DNA from: a virus
Taxonomy: Duplodnaviria; Caudoviricetes
Length of the DNA stretch: 61,979 bases
Reading direction: 5' to 3' (one strand)
IMG/VR virus record: IMGVR_UViG_3300021062_000015
Location: 1 to 61,979 of that record
This document shows positions 25,189-34,548 of the stretch, piece by piece; the first letter of the stretch is position 1; each line of letters opens with the position of its first letter. Below the pieces are notes generated by a model. It saw only the letters and a list, made by a program, of their open reading frames with translations. It was not told the origin of the DNA and did not search any database. The position numbers and the translations under genes were made by a program.

Positions 25189-25578
25189 TTATTGTCCTTT
25201 CGATCCCTTGGCTTTGCCCTTAGCTTTCGCTTTAGGTTTCACTTCAGGATCTGTTGGTTTGGACTCCGCAGGTGCAGAAGCGGGATTCACTTCCTGCGAA
25301 GGAGTTACTGCAGCCGGAGCTGGTTCTTCCTTCTTGGCAGGAGCTTTCTTGTCATCCTCGATGGTTACAGCGAGGCCAGGCACAAACATTCCAAACGGCT
25401 GAATCTTGTGATTGCTCGTTAAGAGTTTGTCTGCGTCCTCTGCCGACTCCGCCTTGTAAGCGTAAGCGTCGAACTTCTCGTTCCATTGGAACGGATAGCT
25501 CTTCGCATCGATGATGATGTCTCCGATTTCTCCTCGAAATGGATACTCCCGATATAAAACCCAAATTTGCACTTTCAT
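25189..25578 (-). CDS. Head-associated protein with P/A/K-rich tail
   Basis: Directly follows the MCP. Confidence 0.6.
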   Translation of the reverse strand: MKVQIWVLYREYPFRGEIGDIIIDAKSYPFQWNEKFDAYAYKAESAEDADKLLTSNHKIQPFGMFVPGLAVTIEDDKKAPAKKEEPAPAAVTPSQEVNPASAPAESKPTDPEVKPKAKAKGKAKGSKGQ

Positions 25579-25598
25579 AAGTCCTTACCTGTCAGGGG

Positions 25599-27041
25599 TT
25601 ATAAACCTGTTGCCACCTTCGCGATGACGAAGTTAGGGAACTTCCCGTCACGTCGTTGTGCTGGGGTTTGTCCGAAGACAGCTTCCACAGCCGCGCCGTT
25701 TACGAAGTTGTAGTCCTGGTTATCGACTTGCAGCGCTTCACGGCCGGAGCCGCCTTCGCCGTTATTTCCATAACCACGGAGTAACGCATTCGCTCCAGTG
25801 ATGATCACATGGGCATAAGCCACACCCTGCTTGTTACAAGGAACAATGAGGGAGTTAGCGTCATGCTTGCCGTCCGGGTTGGTCGTGCCAGCCACGTTAC
25901 GAGTCACAGCGGTAAGTTTATTACCGTTATTGCCCGTTGAACCTGTGTAGCTGATGATCTCGAACTTGCTTGGGTTGTTGGTCGCACCAGGAAGATCGAT
26001 GATCTTCGCGTAATAGGTATTCGAGTCAGTGACCGCTGAATCACCAGGTAGGAACGTGAAGTCATATCCAGGGAAATCCCGGAAATACTTACGAGTTGTT
26101 CCAGATCCATCCGAACCACCACCATCAATGTCGGTCACTGAGGTGAAGTTCGTGGTCGCTGTTCTCAGCAACGCACGAGGTTCCAGAGGGCTACCGATGG
26201 CGCCGTTCTTTGGATTGTCATGGTCAGGCAAGAAGATTTCATAAGGAGCGATCCCCATGTACGTCTTGTTCGAGAAACACCCCGTAAAGAGCGGGTTTTT
26301 CTCATCTGCCCCGCCTTCGCGAGCGCGTCCCATGAGCTGGGCGTTATTCCATGCCGAATCATTGACCAAGCTTCGCAACACACGGTGCGTCGCCCAGAGA
26401 ATGAAGTAAGGCACTTCATTGCCTTCTTCTCGGGAGATGTTCGCCGGCTTAGCTCCAAGAGTCAGGAGCTTGATCGAAGCATCGCTGAAAAGCCCAGTGC
26501 TCAAGCGATCCGATGTCGTCAAAGCGTCATCTGTCGCCTTAGCTCCAGGGTAGATCAGGTTGTTCGATCGTCCGCTCGCCGTGTAAGCACCGCTTTTAAT
26601 CAAGCGCAGAAGCGCATAGATTTGCTTGCGTCGTGCCATCCAGCGGGAGAGCAACTTCGTGAATTCCATCTTGCGTTTCGCAAAAGTGAATCCTTTGAAG
26701 CGCCGATCGGCAGCCACACCATGTCGCACCCAATCAATTTTGAGCTGATAGGTGTTCAGGTTCAGCTTTTCTTCGTTTCCGATTAGGCTATCGCTTCCGG
26801 TCTGCCCTTCGTCCACGAGTTCGGACCCTACCGTGAAGTTCATGGTTTGAGCCCCACCTACCGAGAGATCATCTTTCTCGATAATCGGCATGTTACTGCC
26901 TTCAGGCCCTTGAAATCGACTCAACCACTCGTTCTCAATCACACCATCCTGCATCGCCTTAGCCCAAAGCTGGGCCACGATGCTGGGTGAAAGCGAACTA
27001 TGGTCATTTAATACCGATGCATTAATTGAGTTTAATGCCAT
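25599..27041 (-). CDS. Major capsid protein (N4 gp56 / DUF4043-like)
   Basis: IIEKDDLSVGG, LIGNEEKL, IDWVRHGV, NPLFTG motifs; GGAGG RBS; follows the scaffold. Confidence 0.85.
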   Translation of the reverse strand: MALNSINASVLNDHSSLSPSIVAQLWAKAMQDGVIENEWLSRFQGPEGSNMPIIEKDDLSVGGAQTMNFTVGSELVDEGQTGSDSLIGNEEKLNLNTYQLKIDWVRHGVAADRRFKGFTFAKRKMEFTKLLSRWMARRKQIYALLRLIKSGAYTASGRSNNLIYPGAKATDDALTTSDRLSTGLFSDASIKLLTLGAKPANISREEGNEVPYFILWATHRVLRSLVNDSAWNNAQLMGRAREGGADEKNPLFTGCFSNKTYMGIAPYEIFLPDHDNPKNGAIGSPLEPRALLRTATTNFTSVTDIDGGGSDGSGTTRKYFRDFPGYDFTFLPGDSAVTDSNTYYAKIIDLPGATNNPSKFEIISYTGSTGNNGNKLTAVTRNVAGTTNPDGKHDANSLIVPCNKQGVAYAHVIITGANALLRGYGNNGEGGSGREALQVDNQDYNFVNGAAVEAVFGQTPAQRRDGKFPNFVIAKVATGL

Positions 27042-27077
27042 ATACCGTTCCTCCTACGACTCCGCTTCGCGTACGAA

Positions 27078-28268
27078 TTACCGCCGCTTGCGAGCCGCCA
27101 TTTGTTCTGTGATCTCAGCAATCACCTCCATCCGTTTTAAGGACGGGATTTTGTTGATCTCACCTATTAACTGCTCGGCTGTAACTGGAGGTTTGCCACC
27201 AGGGCTACTACTCGTAATTACCGCCGCGTTCTTTCGATGAACGGTCGCATTTGACTTTACCGAGGGCACTTCTGCGGCTTTCGCAGGAGGGGCCTTTGCT
27301 TTCAGGGGAGGAAGATCAAGGCCTTTAAGATCCATCACATACTCGAGGGCTTTTCGAAACACCTTCGGAGTCAGAGTAATGGGATCTTTCTGGGCTTTCC
27401 ACTTCGCTACCGTCTGAGTTACTTCCTTGAAGAGCGGGCTATCAGGGTCGTCGAGATCAAGATCTGGATCATCCAGCTCCTGCATTCTCTCAACATCCTC
27501 ATCCCACAGTTCATCCCGCTTCGCTTTGAGGTCTTTCTCAGCGGTTTCGAACTTGGTTTCCCAAGATTTCCCTTCATTGGCCTTAGCTTCCTCTCGCTTC
27601 GCTTTCGCATCCTCTTCCCTTGCTTTTGCGAGCTTGAGATCGGATTTTGCGTCAATGAGTTCTTCTTGGGCTGCCAACTCCTCATCAGCATTCAGGGCTT
27701 CCTTAGCTTTCTTGAGCTTCTCGCGGGCTGCATCGATTCGGCTTTGGGCTTCATCAAGCGGACTTACAGTCTTAGTAGGTTTCTCAGCTCTCTCCTCTTT
27801 CCCTCCGAGTTCCTCCTTCGCTTTCAGTGCGCTTTCAGCCAGCTTTTCGAGAAGTTGATCGTGTTTGGCCGCCTTATCCAAAATGCGGTTCCAACGATCA
27901 TCCTTCACGTTTTTGTAACCCTTCTTGAAGTCCCGCTTCCCCTTGGCTTCAAGCACCTCTTCCTCTTCTTTCCCTTCTTCGGTCTGAGTTACTTCCTTCT
28001 TCTCCTCCGCCTTAGGCGGATTCGGGGCTTCAGGCTCACCGCCTAACTCCTCCTCAATCGGATCCAGATCATTCAGGCGTTCAGCCTTGCGCTGATTCTC
28101 GCCCTTCTGGAAGGCTTCCTCCACCGCTAGAGCTTGCTCAAGCGAGTTCCCTTGTGTCTTCGGTAAAGTCAAAGAACGACTATCATCTGACCCACTGCCT
28201 TGCAGGTCTCGGCTTCCTTCCTCGGCATTCGCTGCCGTTTCCGTGGCGCTAACTGTTTCTTGGTCCAT
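27078..28268 (-). CDS. Capsid scaffolding protein
   Basis: E/K/A-rich coiled coil immediately before the MCP; start uncertain (28268 or 28277). Confidence 0.75.
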   Translation of the reverse strand: MDQETVSATETAANAEEGSRDLQGSGSDDSRSLTLPKTQGNSLEQALAVEEAFQKGENQRKAERLNDLDPIEEELGGEPEAPNPPKAEEKKEVTQTEEGKEEEEVLEAKGKRDFKKGYKNVKDDRWNRILDKAAKHDQLLEKLAESALKAKEELGGKEERAEKPTKTVSPLDEAQSRIDAAREKLKKAKEALNADEELAAQEELIDAKSDLKLAKAREEDAKAKREEAKANEGKSWETKFETAEKDLKAKRDELWDEDVERMQELDDPDLDLDDPDSPLFKEVTQTVAKWKAQKDPITLTPKVFRKALEYVMDLKGLDLPPLKAKAPPAKAAEVPSVKSNATVHRKNAAVITSSSPGGKPPVTAEQLIGEINKIPSLKRMEVIAEITEQMAARKRR

Positions 28269-28345
28269 CGAGATCAACTCTGTTGGATGTTCTGGCCCGA
28301 GGATCTACCTCTGGCTTTCCGCCCCTTTACCGGCATCACGCAGGC

Positions 28346-28399
28346 AAAAAAAAAGACGGTGGACGCTTCCAGATTCAGCTCGGAAGAGTCCACCGTCTT
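28346..28399 (-). terminator. Intrinsic terminator (long hairpin)
   Basis: AAGACGGTGGAC/GTCCACCGTCTT stem running into a T9 tract. Confidence 0.75.
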
Positions 28400-28448
28400 A
28401 TGAGATTGGGGTGGCTAAGTTAGTTAGTTATTACTGCTATGTCATAAT

Positions 28449-28486
28449 AAAAAAAGCCGCACCAAGCATGTTACGCTCAGTGCGGC
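28449..28486 (-). terminator. Intrinsic terminator
   Basis: GCCGCAC/GTGCGGC stem followed by T7. Confidence 0.7.
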
Positions 28487-28532
28487 GTCGGTAAATCGAT
28501 TGGGCCGCTTTAAAATTTAAGAACCTTGCTAC

Positions 28533-28721
28533 TTACGCATACTTTTTCTCTTCTGTCAATAACTTATCGAGCCGTTGCGTGTATTTAGCATCATCCCACA
28601 TGATCGCTCCATCCCTTACATTGAGGAGTACTTGGCCACTAAACCTCTTCTCTTCGAGCACAACGCCGAGAACCGACAATTTCGCCCTATCGGATGGTCG
28701 CTTTTTAGGAACTTCGTTCAT
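28533..28721 (-). CDS. Hypothetical protein
   Basis: ATGA-coupled; FSGQVLLNVRDG motif. Confidence 0.6.
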   Translation of the reverse strand: MNEVPKKRPSDRAKLSVLGVVLEEKRFSGQVLLNVRDGAIMWDDAKYTQRLDKLLTEEKKYA

Positions 28722-28990
28722 GCTCCAGGATTCTCCTCGTCTTCCATGTCGATCTTACCATCGAGTTCCTTCACAAAGACGTCCAGTAACTCGCCGGATT
28801 CCAGGCGTAACAGGATACTATGCTCCACGCGGGCTGCTTCCAGTTCTTCATCCTTACACTTCAGGTTAAAGATTCGCGCCTGCAAATCCTGCACGCGTTC
28901 ATTCAGGCTAAACCGTAGAGCCAGCCAGAAAGGATTGGCGTCTCGCGTCGTTAGTTCCACCTTGCGTCCCTTAAAATCTTTCTCATTCAT
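28718..28990 (-). CDS. Hypothetical protein
   Basis: Operon position, helical. Confidence 0.6.
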   Translation of the reverse strand: MNEKDFKGRKVELTTRDANPFWLALRFSLNERVQDLQARIFNLKCKDEELEAARVEHSILLRLESGELLDVFVKELDGKIDMEDEENPGA

Positions 28991-29130
28991 AGAGGTTAAT
29001 AGCCAAAAGTTGGGCGTGTTCGCTTCTTTTTAGACTTTTTCTTGCCGTTCTGAGTCCATACCTGCTTCTTTACATTCTCAGGTACGTCAGAGCTTGTCGT
29101 CGCGTTGATTGAGGGGAGGGATTCCATAAA

Positions 29131-29574
29131 TCAGTTCTTCTTTTTAAACTTCTCCGCATGGGCAAACATTTCGTCATGGAGATCGGGCCTGCCATGTCGT
29201 CTTAAAATCGCTCCTACATGGTCTTTTAACGTCTTAGCTACAAGTTCAGCCTCCCGAGGAAACACGTTTTTCCAGTCCTGATAAGCATCAGCTGGTATCT
29301 TTTCTGAGATGAGTCGAAGCGAGAGCCGCTCAATCACATCAACCAACTCCTCAATTTCGTTATGTGTTTTAAGAGCATCTTCTGGCACTCGTTTTGTGCA
29401 GAGCCAGCCAGGAGCAAACAAAGCTCGAATACTCGCCGCTAACTCCCTGTATCGCTCTTCCATAGGAGGGGTAAATCTTCCCCAATCTGGATGAGATAGA
29501 AATGCTAAGAGTTCCATTGCCCTCTCCATTTTCTCTTCCATGTCGCTACTGGATTTACTGTTAAATGGTTTCAT
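29131..29574 (-). CDS. Hypothetical protein
   Basis: ATGA-coupled 147-aa ORF. Confidence 0.6.
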   Translation of the reverse strand: MKPFNSKSSSDMEEKMERAMELLAFLSHPDWGRFTPPMEERYRELAASIRALFAPGWLCTKRVPEDALKTHNEIEELVDVIERLSLRLISEKIPADAYQDWKNVFPREAELVAKTLKDHVGAILRRHGRPDLHDEMFAHAEKFKKKN

Positions 29575-29807
29575 TTCTCATCAAGAGCAGCTTTGCTCCA
29601 GGGAGGTACTAAATGCAGATTTCGAATATGCAGGCCAAAAGTCTCAAGGAGACGCCCCACACTTACTTGATCTTCTCCGGAGAATTCCTTTTGCACATGC
29701 CACACATCAGATCCATCTTCTCGGGCAAGGGTCGCCCTGATGCCATAACCAGGAGCCCCATCATTGGGCTTGAAGATCTCTATGCTTTTAACGAACCACT
29801 GTTTCAT
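29571..29807 (-). CDS. Hypothetical protein
   Basis: Operon position. Confidence 0.55.
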   Translation of the reverse strand: MKQWFVKSIEIFKPNDGAPGYGIRATLAREDGSDVWHVQKEFSGEDQVSVGRLLETFGLHIRNLHLVPPWSKAALDEK

Positions 29808-29814
29808 AAATGGG

Positions 29815-30060
29815 CTACACTCTTTCCATTTCCTTCACTTGAGCTACGAGTTCTTCATAAGTCTTCTTTGGAGTCGTAAATTCCCCTTCCAAATAACTGC
29901 CATTGCGTTCCGCTCTCCTCTTTAGTCTGAGCCTGTTACGTTTATAGATATTAAGCACTCGTTGATATTCTTGATTGGTTGCGGGAGCCGGATTTGCACC
30001 GACGATCTTCTCCTTATGAGGGAGACGGATTGCTCCTTTCCTATCCCGCGTCAAAATCAC
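29815..30060 (-). CDS. Hypothetical protein
   Basis: GTGA-coupled to the portal stop. Confidence 0.55.
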   Translation of the reverse strand: MILTRDRKGAIRLPHKEKIVGANPAPATNQEYQRVLNIYKRNRLRLKRRAERNGSYLEGEFTTPKKTYEELVAQVKEMERV

Positions 30061-32255
30061 GCCGCCATCTCCTGAGGAGGAGGCTCCGGTTGAGGTTGTT
30101 GCTGCGCAGGCGCCTGCTGAATAATCTCTTGGATCGTCCCCACAAGCATCATCAGCTCATTCACAACTGATTTCTCAGGCGTTTTATCCATGCCTCCGCC
30201 CTGGATTTGCTGTGCTGCCGCTTGGATCTTGCCCGCCACTTCAGCCAGGAGCGCATCTTGGTTCTGGTTGGCCTGCAATTCTTCCATGGAAGGCAAGATC
30301 GAGTCCGCTTCGATAATCCCAATCGAATTGAGTAATTGAATGAAGAGGTCTCGGAGTCGCACCTGATACTCAGGAGGCGTACCAATCCAAGTTTGGACGA
30401 TCTGCAGAGCTCCCTGGATTGCTTGGGCCCGTTGTTGCTGCCCATACTTGGAGAGCACAATCTTCACGTCAAAGTCGAGTTCTCGGATGTCTTCAGGGTT
30501 GACCCGCGCCACCACCTCATGGAGGCCCTTGTTGTACCGGAACACGCGCACTTGCTCCACGTTCTGTTGAATCAGTCGCACATTACCCGATATTTCGCGC
30601 TCGAAAGACCCCTGGCATCGTCGGATGAACATCCGGTAGAGTTTATTACCTTCTTCGATGATGCTCTTAGTTCCCGTCGCCGTCGCCGTACTGGGCAGGC
30701 TCGAAACGTCGCCCTGTGCCGCGTTGGAGATCCCAGTAATCAACTGGATGAGAGACACGAAGAACTGGAAGATCTGCCATTCAAAGGCCTCCATCTGTGG
30801 CATCACGTAGTAACCAAATGAATCCGCCGCGTTTGCACTCTCTTTTAAAAGAGTTTGGTCTCCAGGTTTAATATCGCGGGGCGGAGGCTTTATAAAGTTG
30901 CCTTGCTTCACCCAGGCAAGAGGGTTAGCCGACATGCTCGAGCGGTAATTCACTCGGTTAAAGACCTTATCCACAAAGTCTTGGGCCATCTTCAAGTAAT
31001 CGTAAGGCCCGTAACTCCACCACCTGCCAGGATTTTGGAAGAACCCGTGGACTTCAAATGGAAGCTTGCAATCGGCATACACATTCACGAGGAGCTCGTA
31101 CCACACGATGAGTTTCGTCGATCGCTCCATCAGCACGATGATTTCTTCGACAATCCCATCTCCATCGATGTCGTATTTCAGGTAACATTCAGCGAATTGC
31201 AGGGTTTTAAAGAGTTGATCTTGCGTATCTACTCCCATGATCGATGAGGCCGATTCACCGAGATAGGTCTTGGGCGCCGACTTATTGGCCTTATCCCCCT
31301 CGTTTTCAGTCTTGGAAGTCGCATCGGGTAAACCTTTCAACTTCTGCAAGTTCTCGAGCACCCAGCGGGAGTTCTTAAAAGCTTCTTCGGAGAGATCCCC
31401 ATCCATCGACTGCATCACTTTCTCCATGATTTCGTGCAGTTTCTGGTCAAACACATGGGCGACCACGGGCGATTTCTTGATCTCGCTTACCGTCATGTCA
31501 CACCAAAAGTCTTCAAAAGGGATCAACTCACTCTTTGCGTTGTCGTAATGCGTAATTGAGTCTTTGATCGGCACATCCACATACTCATGATTTGGGGTGA
31601 TCTCAGGCCCCATCATCTCGACGCCTTCAGGATCCAGGAACTTGAGGTAACGCCGATCTCGACCAAGCCCCATGGTGAGAGGGCTGGCTTTCAAAATCAC
31701 TTCAGGGTGTCCTTCCTGCACGGGCTGTCCATCCTGTCCCATCACAGGTCCATCAGGGCCATGCAGTTGCGTCTCGATTCGAGTAAAGTAAGATCGTTCT
31801 ACAGCCCAAGAGCGTTTCTTGATCGCCGTTCCTTCCGTGCAAGTTACCCAAAGCGTTTCACTCCCGCTTTGGCGGAAGTTCATCTGTTCCATGATCTCCC
31901 AGAGCCAATACTTCGTGAATTGATCGGCCGCTTCCTTATCATCCACGTCTTGGGCTTTGGCGATAAAAGGCTGATCGTTAGCCAGTAACTCATCTTCCAC
32001 CTTCGAGGCGTAGGAGGTTGCTACCCCTTTCACAAGTGGCACACCGATATTGGAGAGTTGATAGATCGACCCCGCCTTCGCACGATGGCTAAAGTCATCC
32101 ATATGTTCCTTACGGATCTCTTGCACCCGTTTCACGCGGTCGCGTCGTCCAGCTTCAATCGCCTTCATCCGTTCATCGATGATTGTGGCCAGTCGTTCCA
32201 AACGAAAAGTGTCCAGCACCGGAGGAGCTGCGAGTTTCATCTTCAAAGTCTTCAT
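30057..32255 (-). CDS. Portal protein
   Basis: 732 aa; ECYLKYDIDGDG, ITGISNAAQG, TATGT motifs of podovirus-type portals. Confidence 0.9.
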   Translation of the reverse strand: MKTLKMKLAAPPVLDTFRLERLATIIDERMKAIEAGRRDRVKRVQEIRKEHMDDFSHRAKAGSIYQLSNIGVPLVKGVATSYASKVEDELLANDQPFIAKAQDVDDKEAADQFTKYWLWEIMEQMNFRQSGSETLWVTCTEGTAIKKRSWAVERSYFTRIETQLHGPDGPVMGQDGQPVQEGHPEVILKASPLTMGLGRDRRYLKFLDPEGVEMMGPEITPNHEYVDVPIKDSITHYDNAKSELIPFEDFWCDMTVSEIKKSPVVAHVFDQKLHEIMEKVMQSMDGDLSEEAFKNSRWVLENLQKLKGLPDATSKTENEGDKANKSAPKTYLGESASSIMGVDTQDQLFKTLQFAECYLKYDIDGDGIVEEIIVLMERSTKLIVWYELLVNVYADCKLPFEVHGFFQNPGRWWSYGPYDYLKMAQDFVDKVFNRVNYRSSMSANPLAWVKQGNFIKPPPRDIKPGDQTLLKESANAADSFGYYVMPQMEAFEWQIFQFFVSLIQLITGISNAAQGDVSSLPSTATATGTKSIIEEGNKLYRMFIRRCQGSFEREISGNVRLIQQNVEQVRVFRYNKGLHEVVARVNPEDIRELDFDVKIVLSKYGQQQRAQAIQGALQIVQTWIGTPPEYQVRLRDLFIQLLNSIGIIEADSILPSMEELQANQNQDALLAEVAGKIQAAAQQIQGGGMDKTPEKSVVNELMMLVGTIQEIIQQAPAQQQPQPEPPPQEMAA

Positions 32256-33970
32256 TGATGCTCCAATTCAAACCCACCGGGTTTAAGATAAAGGTTCCCT
32301 TCCTGCAGGGCCGCGAGAAAGGCCCACTCACACTTACGAAAATTCTTATGTCTCAACCACAGGAGAGATTCAGAGGCGTAATCTCTAGGTCGCACATCGA
32401 GTTGATAGAGGAGGATAAGCTTATCCCCATTGGTTTCCTTGATGTTCCCCGTCTTAGAAACGAGATAGTAGAGTTTTACATACTCCTGGCGTCGCCAAGG
32501 GTCCAGGCGCTGGGCCATTGCCATTTGTCCGAGAATATCATGCACCATCCCGTCCTTGGCCCGCCACCGGTCCTTCGCATGCTTCATCATCATGTCGCCA
32601 GCTAGCATCTTTGCGTAGATCCCGAGCGAGACGAGGAGCACTGCAAAAGTTCCATACTTCAAAGCGTTAGAGAACCATCCACGAACCGAGAAACGCGACT
32701 CACCGTGAGTTGCCGGCGCCGCTACGATTCCGCTAGCAGCGATTGCCGCGAGCATCATAAAGAGTCCACCGAGAGGGTTCCACGTAGAACAAATGAGGAA
32801 AGCGACCAAAACACCCGCAAACCCTCTCACATACCAGTGTCTTACTCGGATATTCACCCAGTTACGAATGAGAGCGATCGAATAGAGGCAGATCCCGAAT
32901 CCTACCCAGCCTATCGTTACCAGTAACTCAATCGGCCAGGAGTGGAAACGGTCGTAAATCGCCATATCTCCACCGGCAAGAGCCTGCCAACCTCGCTTTA
33001 CATCAGATCCTTCGCGGTCGATCAGAGCTCTTTGAGAATCCACCCCCCATCCGAATGGGAAGATCCCATGGGCATAAGCTTGTTTAGCAAGTTCAGAGCG
33101 CGGCCCGCTTCCTACCGAAGAGAAACTGTAGTGCTTGAGTTTATATCGCAGGGTAGGGGAAAAAGAGAGCGCCACCCCGAAGAGCAGCGCCATTGCAACG
33201 AAGATCGCGAAGACGATACGTGCACGCTGTATCGTCGTCATCATGCTTTTTGCTGAATAATGGAGGTAAACAACGAAAGCACACCCGAGTAAGAGGGCCA
33301 GGAGAGAAGAGCGCACTCCATGGAGGCCAATCACAGTAAAAGCCCAGATCATGGTTCCGAGCGCAAACACCCATCGCAGAGAGGTGAAGGAGCGATCCAG
33401 GAGATCGCCTTTAAACTTCGAGTCAAGAGCCCACGCCAGTAAGTAAGGAGCTACCAAAGCCGCTAGGTGACAGACCCCCATCTTTACCGAGAACACCGCT
33501 TCCACGAGATTCCACCCGGAATCTTGCTCGAAATACCACCGAGAAAGGCAGTAAAGACCAGTTACCGATAAAAGCAGAGCTACTAAAGTCCAGGCATAGA
33601 GTTCAAACGGTCGATCAGGGCTTACCTCATTACCATCTTCGTCATGCTCTATCGGTTTGATCTTCCAGAAACAAAGCCAGGCAAAGATCCAGATCGTCGC
33701 GAGAGTCAACCATCCTTCCACACGGATCGGCTCACCCACAAATCCTTGAAAAAGAGTGGTGCACACAGAAGTTGCCGTCGAATAAGCTGAGATCAAGAGC
33801 ACCGCCACCCCGAGTTTCAACAGAAGTCCGCCGTCACGATAAGCGGAACGGAAGTCGACGAGAAAGAAAGAGGCGATTACGAGAAAGCATTGCTTGGCAA
33901 GATCGGTATGAAGTCCGAACCATGGATCCCAGGGTAGAAGAAAGAAACCGAGCAGGACCAGGTATCTCAC
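32252..33970 (-). CDS. O-antigen ligase / O-oligosaccharyltransferase (Wzy_C, GT-C fold) family membrane protein
   Basis: About 12 hydrophobic helices; VRSSLLALLLG, PFGWG and RFHSWPIELLVTIGWVG motifs; TPR-like C-terminus. Confidence 0.8.
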   Translation of the reverse strand: MRYLVLLGFFLLPWDPWFGLHTDLAKQCFLVIASFFLVDFRSAYRDGGLLLKLGVAVLLISAYSTATSVCTTLFQGFVGEPIRVEGWLTLATIWIFAWLCFWKIKPIEHDEDGNEVSPDRPFELYAWTLVALLLSVTGLYCLSRWYFEQDSGWNLVEAVFSVKMGVCHLAALVAPYLLAWALDSKFKGDLLDRSFTSLRWVFALGTMIWAFTVIGLHGVRSSLLALLLGCAFVVYLHYSAKSMMTTIQRARIVFAIFVAMALLFGVALSFSPTLRYKLKHYSFSSVGSGPRSELAKQAYAHGIFPFGWGVDSQRALIDREGSDVKRGWQALAGGDMAIYDRFHSWPIELLVTIGWVGFGICLYSIALIRNWVNIRVRHWYVRGFAGVLVAFLICSTWNPLGGLFMMLAAIAASGIVAAPATHGESRFSVRGWFSNALKYGTFAVLLVSLGIYAKMLAGDMMMKHAKDRWRAKDGMVHDILGQMAMAQRLDPWRRQEYVKLYYLVSKTGNIKETNGDKLILLYQLDVRPRDYASESLLWLRHKNFRKCEWAFLAALQEGNLYLKPGGFELEHQ

Positions 33971-34212
33971 GCTGGTTTCCCTTCCGCGTAAGTCTTCGAG
34001 AACCGCTTCTTAGATTCCTCAAAAGCCTTTCGTCCGTCGACCACAGCGGCCGACACCATCGCATCCGCTTCCCGCGCCTTACGGTTGCCAGCGATCTCAT
34101 CGAGAATCTTGGCTTTAAAGGACGTCTCCCACCTCTCCTCGAGAGATTTAAGTTGAGACGCAAAGAATCGCTGGAAAAGCGACGAATCGAAAATCCGTTG
34201 AGATAAAGTCAT
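33967..34212 (-). CDS. Hypothetical helical protein
   Basis: Stop overlaps the GTG start of the ligase gene. Confidence 0.6.
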   Translation of the reverse strand: MTLSQRIFDSSLFQRFFASQLKSLEERWETSFKAKILDEIAGNRKAREADAMVSAAVVDGRKAFEESKKRFSKTYAEGKPA

Positions 34213-34335
34213 GGTAGTGGATGTCGCACCGCTCCAAAGACAAGCACATCACTACCAACGGAAAGGATAAGATAAGAAGAGCGAGCGTTGAAACAAATAA
34301 CTCAAGGGAGCAATACTGTCAAGGACCCAGTTGAC

Positions 34336-34548
34336 TTACTCCTGACTTTTCGGCTTCTTCTTAGCCATCCGCTTAGCAATCGGTCCACGCAGCAAGATCC
34401 ACTTCTTACACTTACTGCATTCGATCTCTGGCGTATAAGGCCAGTGGGCAGAGAATTCAAACTTACCGCAGTGGGGGCAGAGATAGCTTCCCACCTCAAA
34501 ACCTTCCTGCACGAGATAACCCACTGCCTTGATGATCTTGGGGTCCAT
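34336..34548 (-). CDS. Zinc-ribbon protein, Mu Com-like
   Basis: CPHCGK...EIECSKCKK; starts right after the terL stop. Confidence 0.5.
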   Translation of the reverse strand: MDPKIIKAVGYLVQEGFEVGSYLCPHCGKFEFSAHWPYTPEIECSKCKKWILLRGPIAKRMAKKKPKSQE

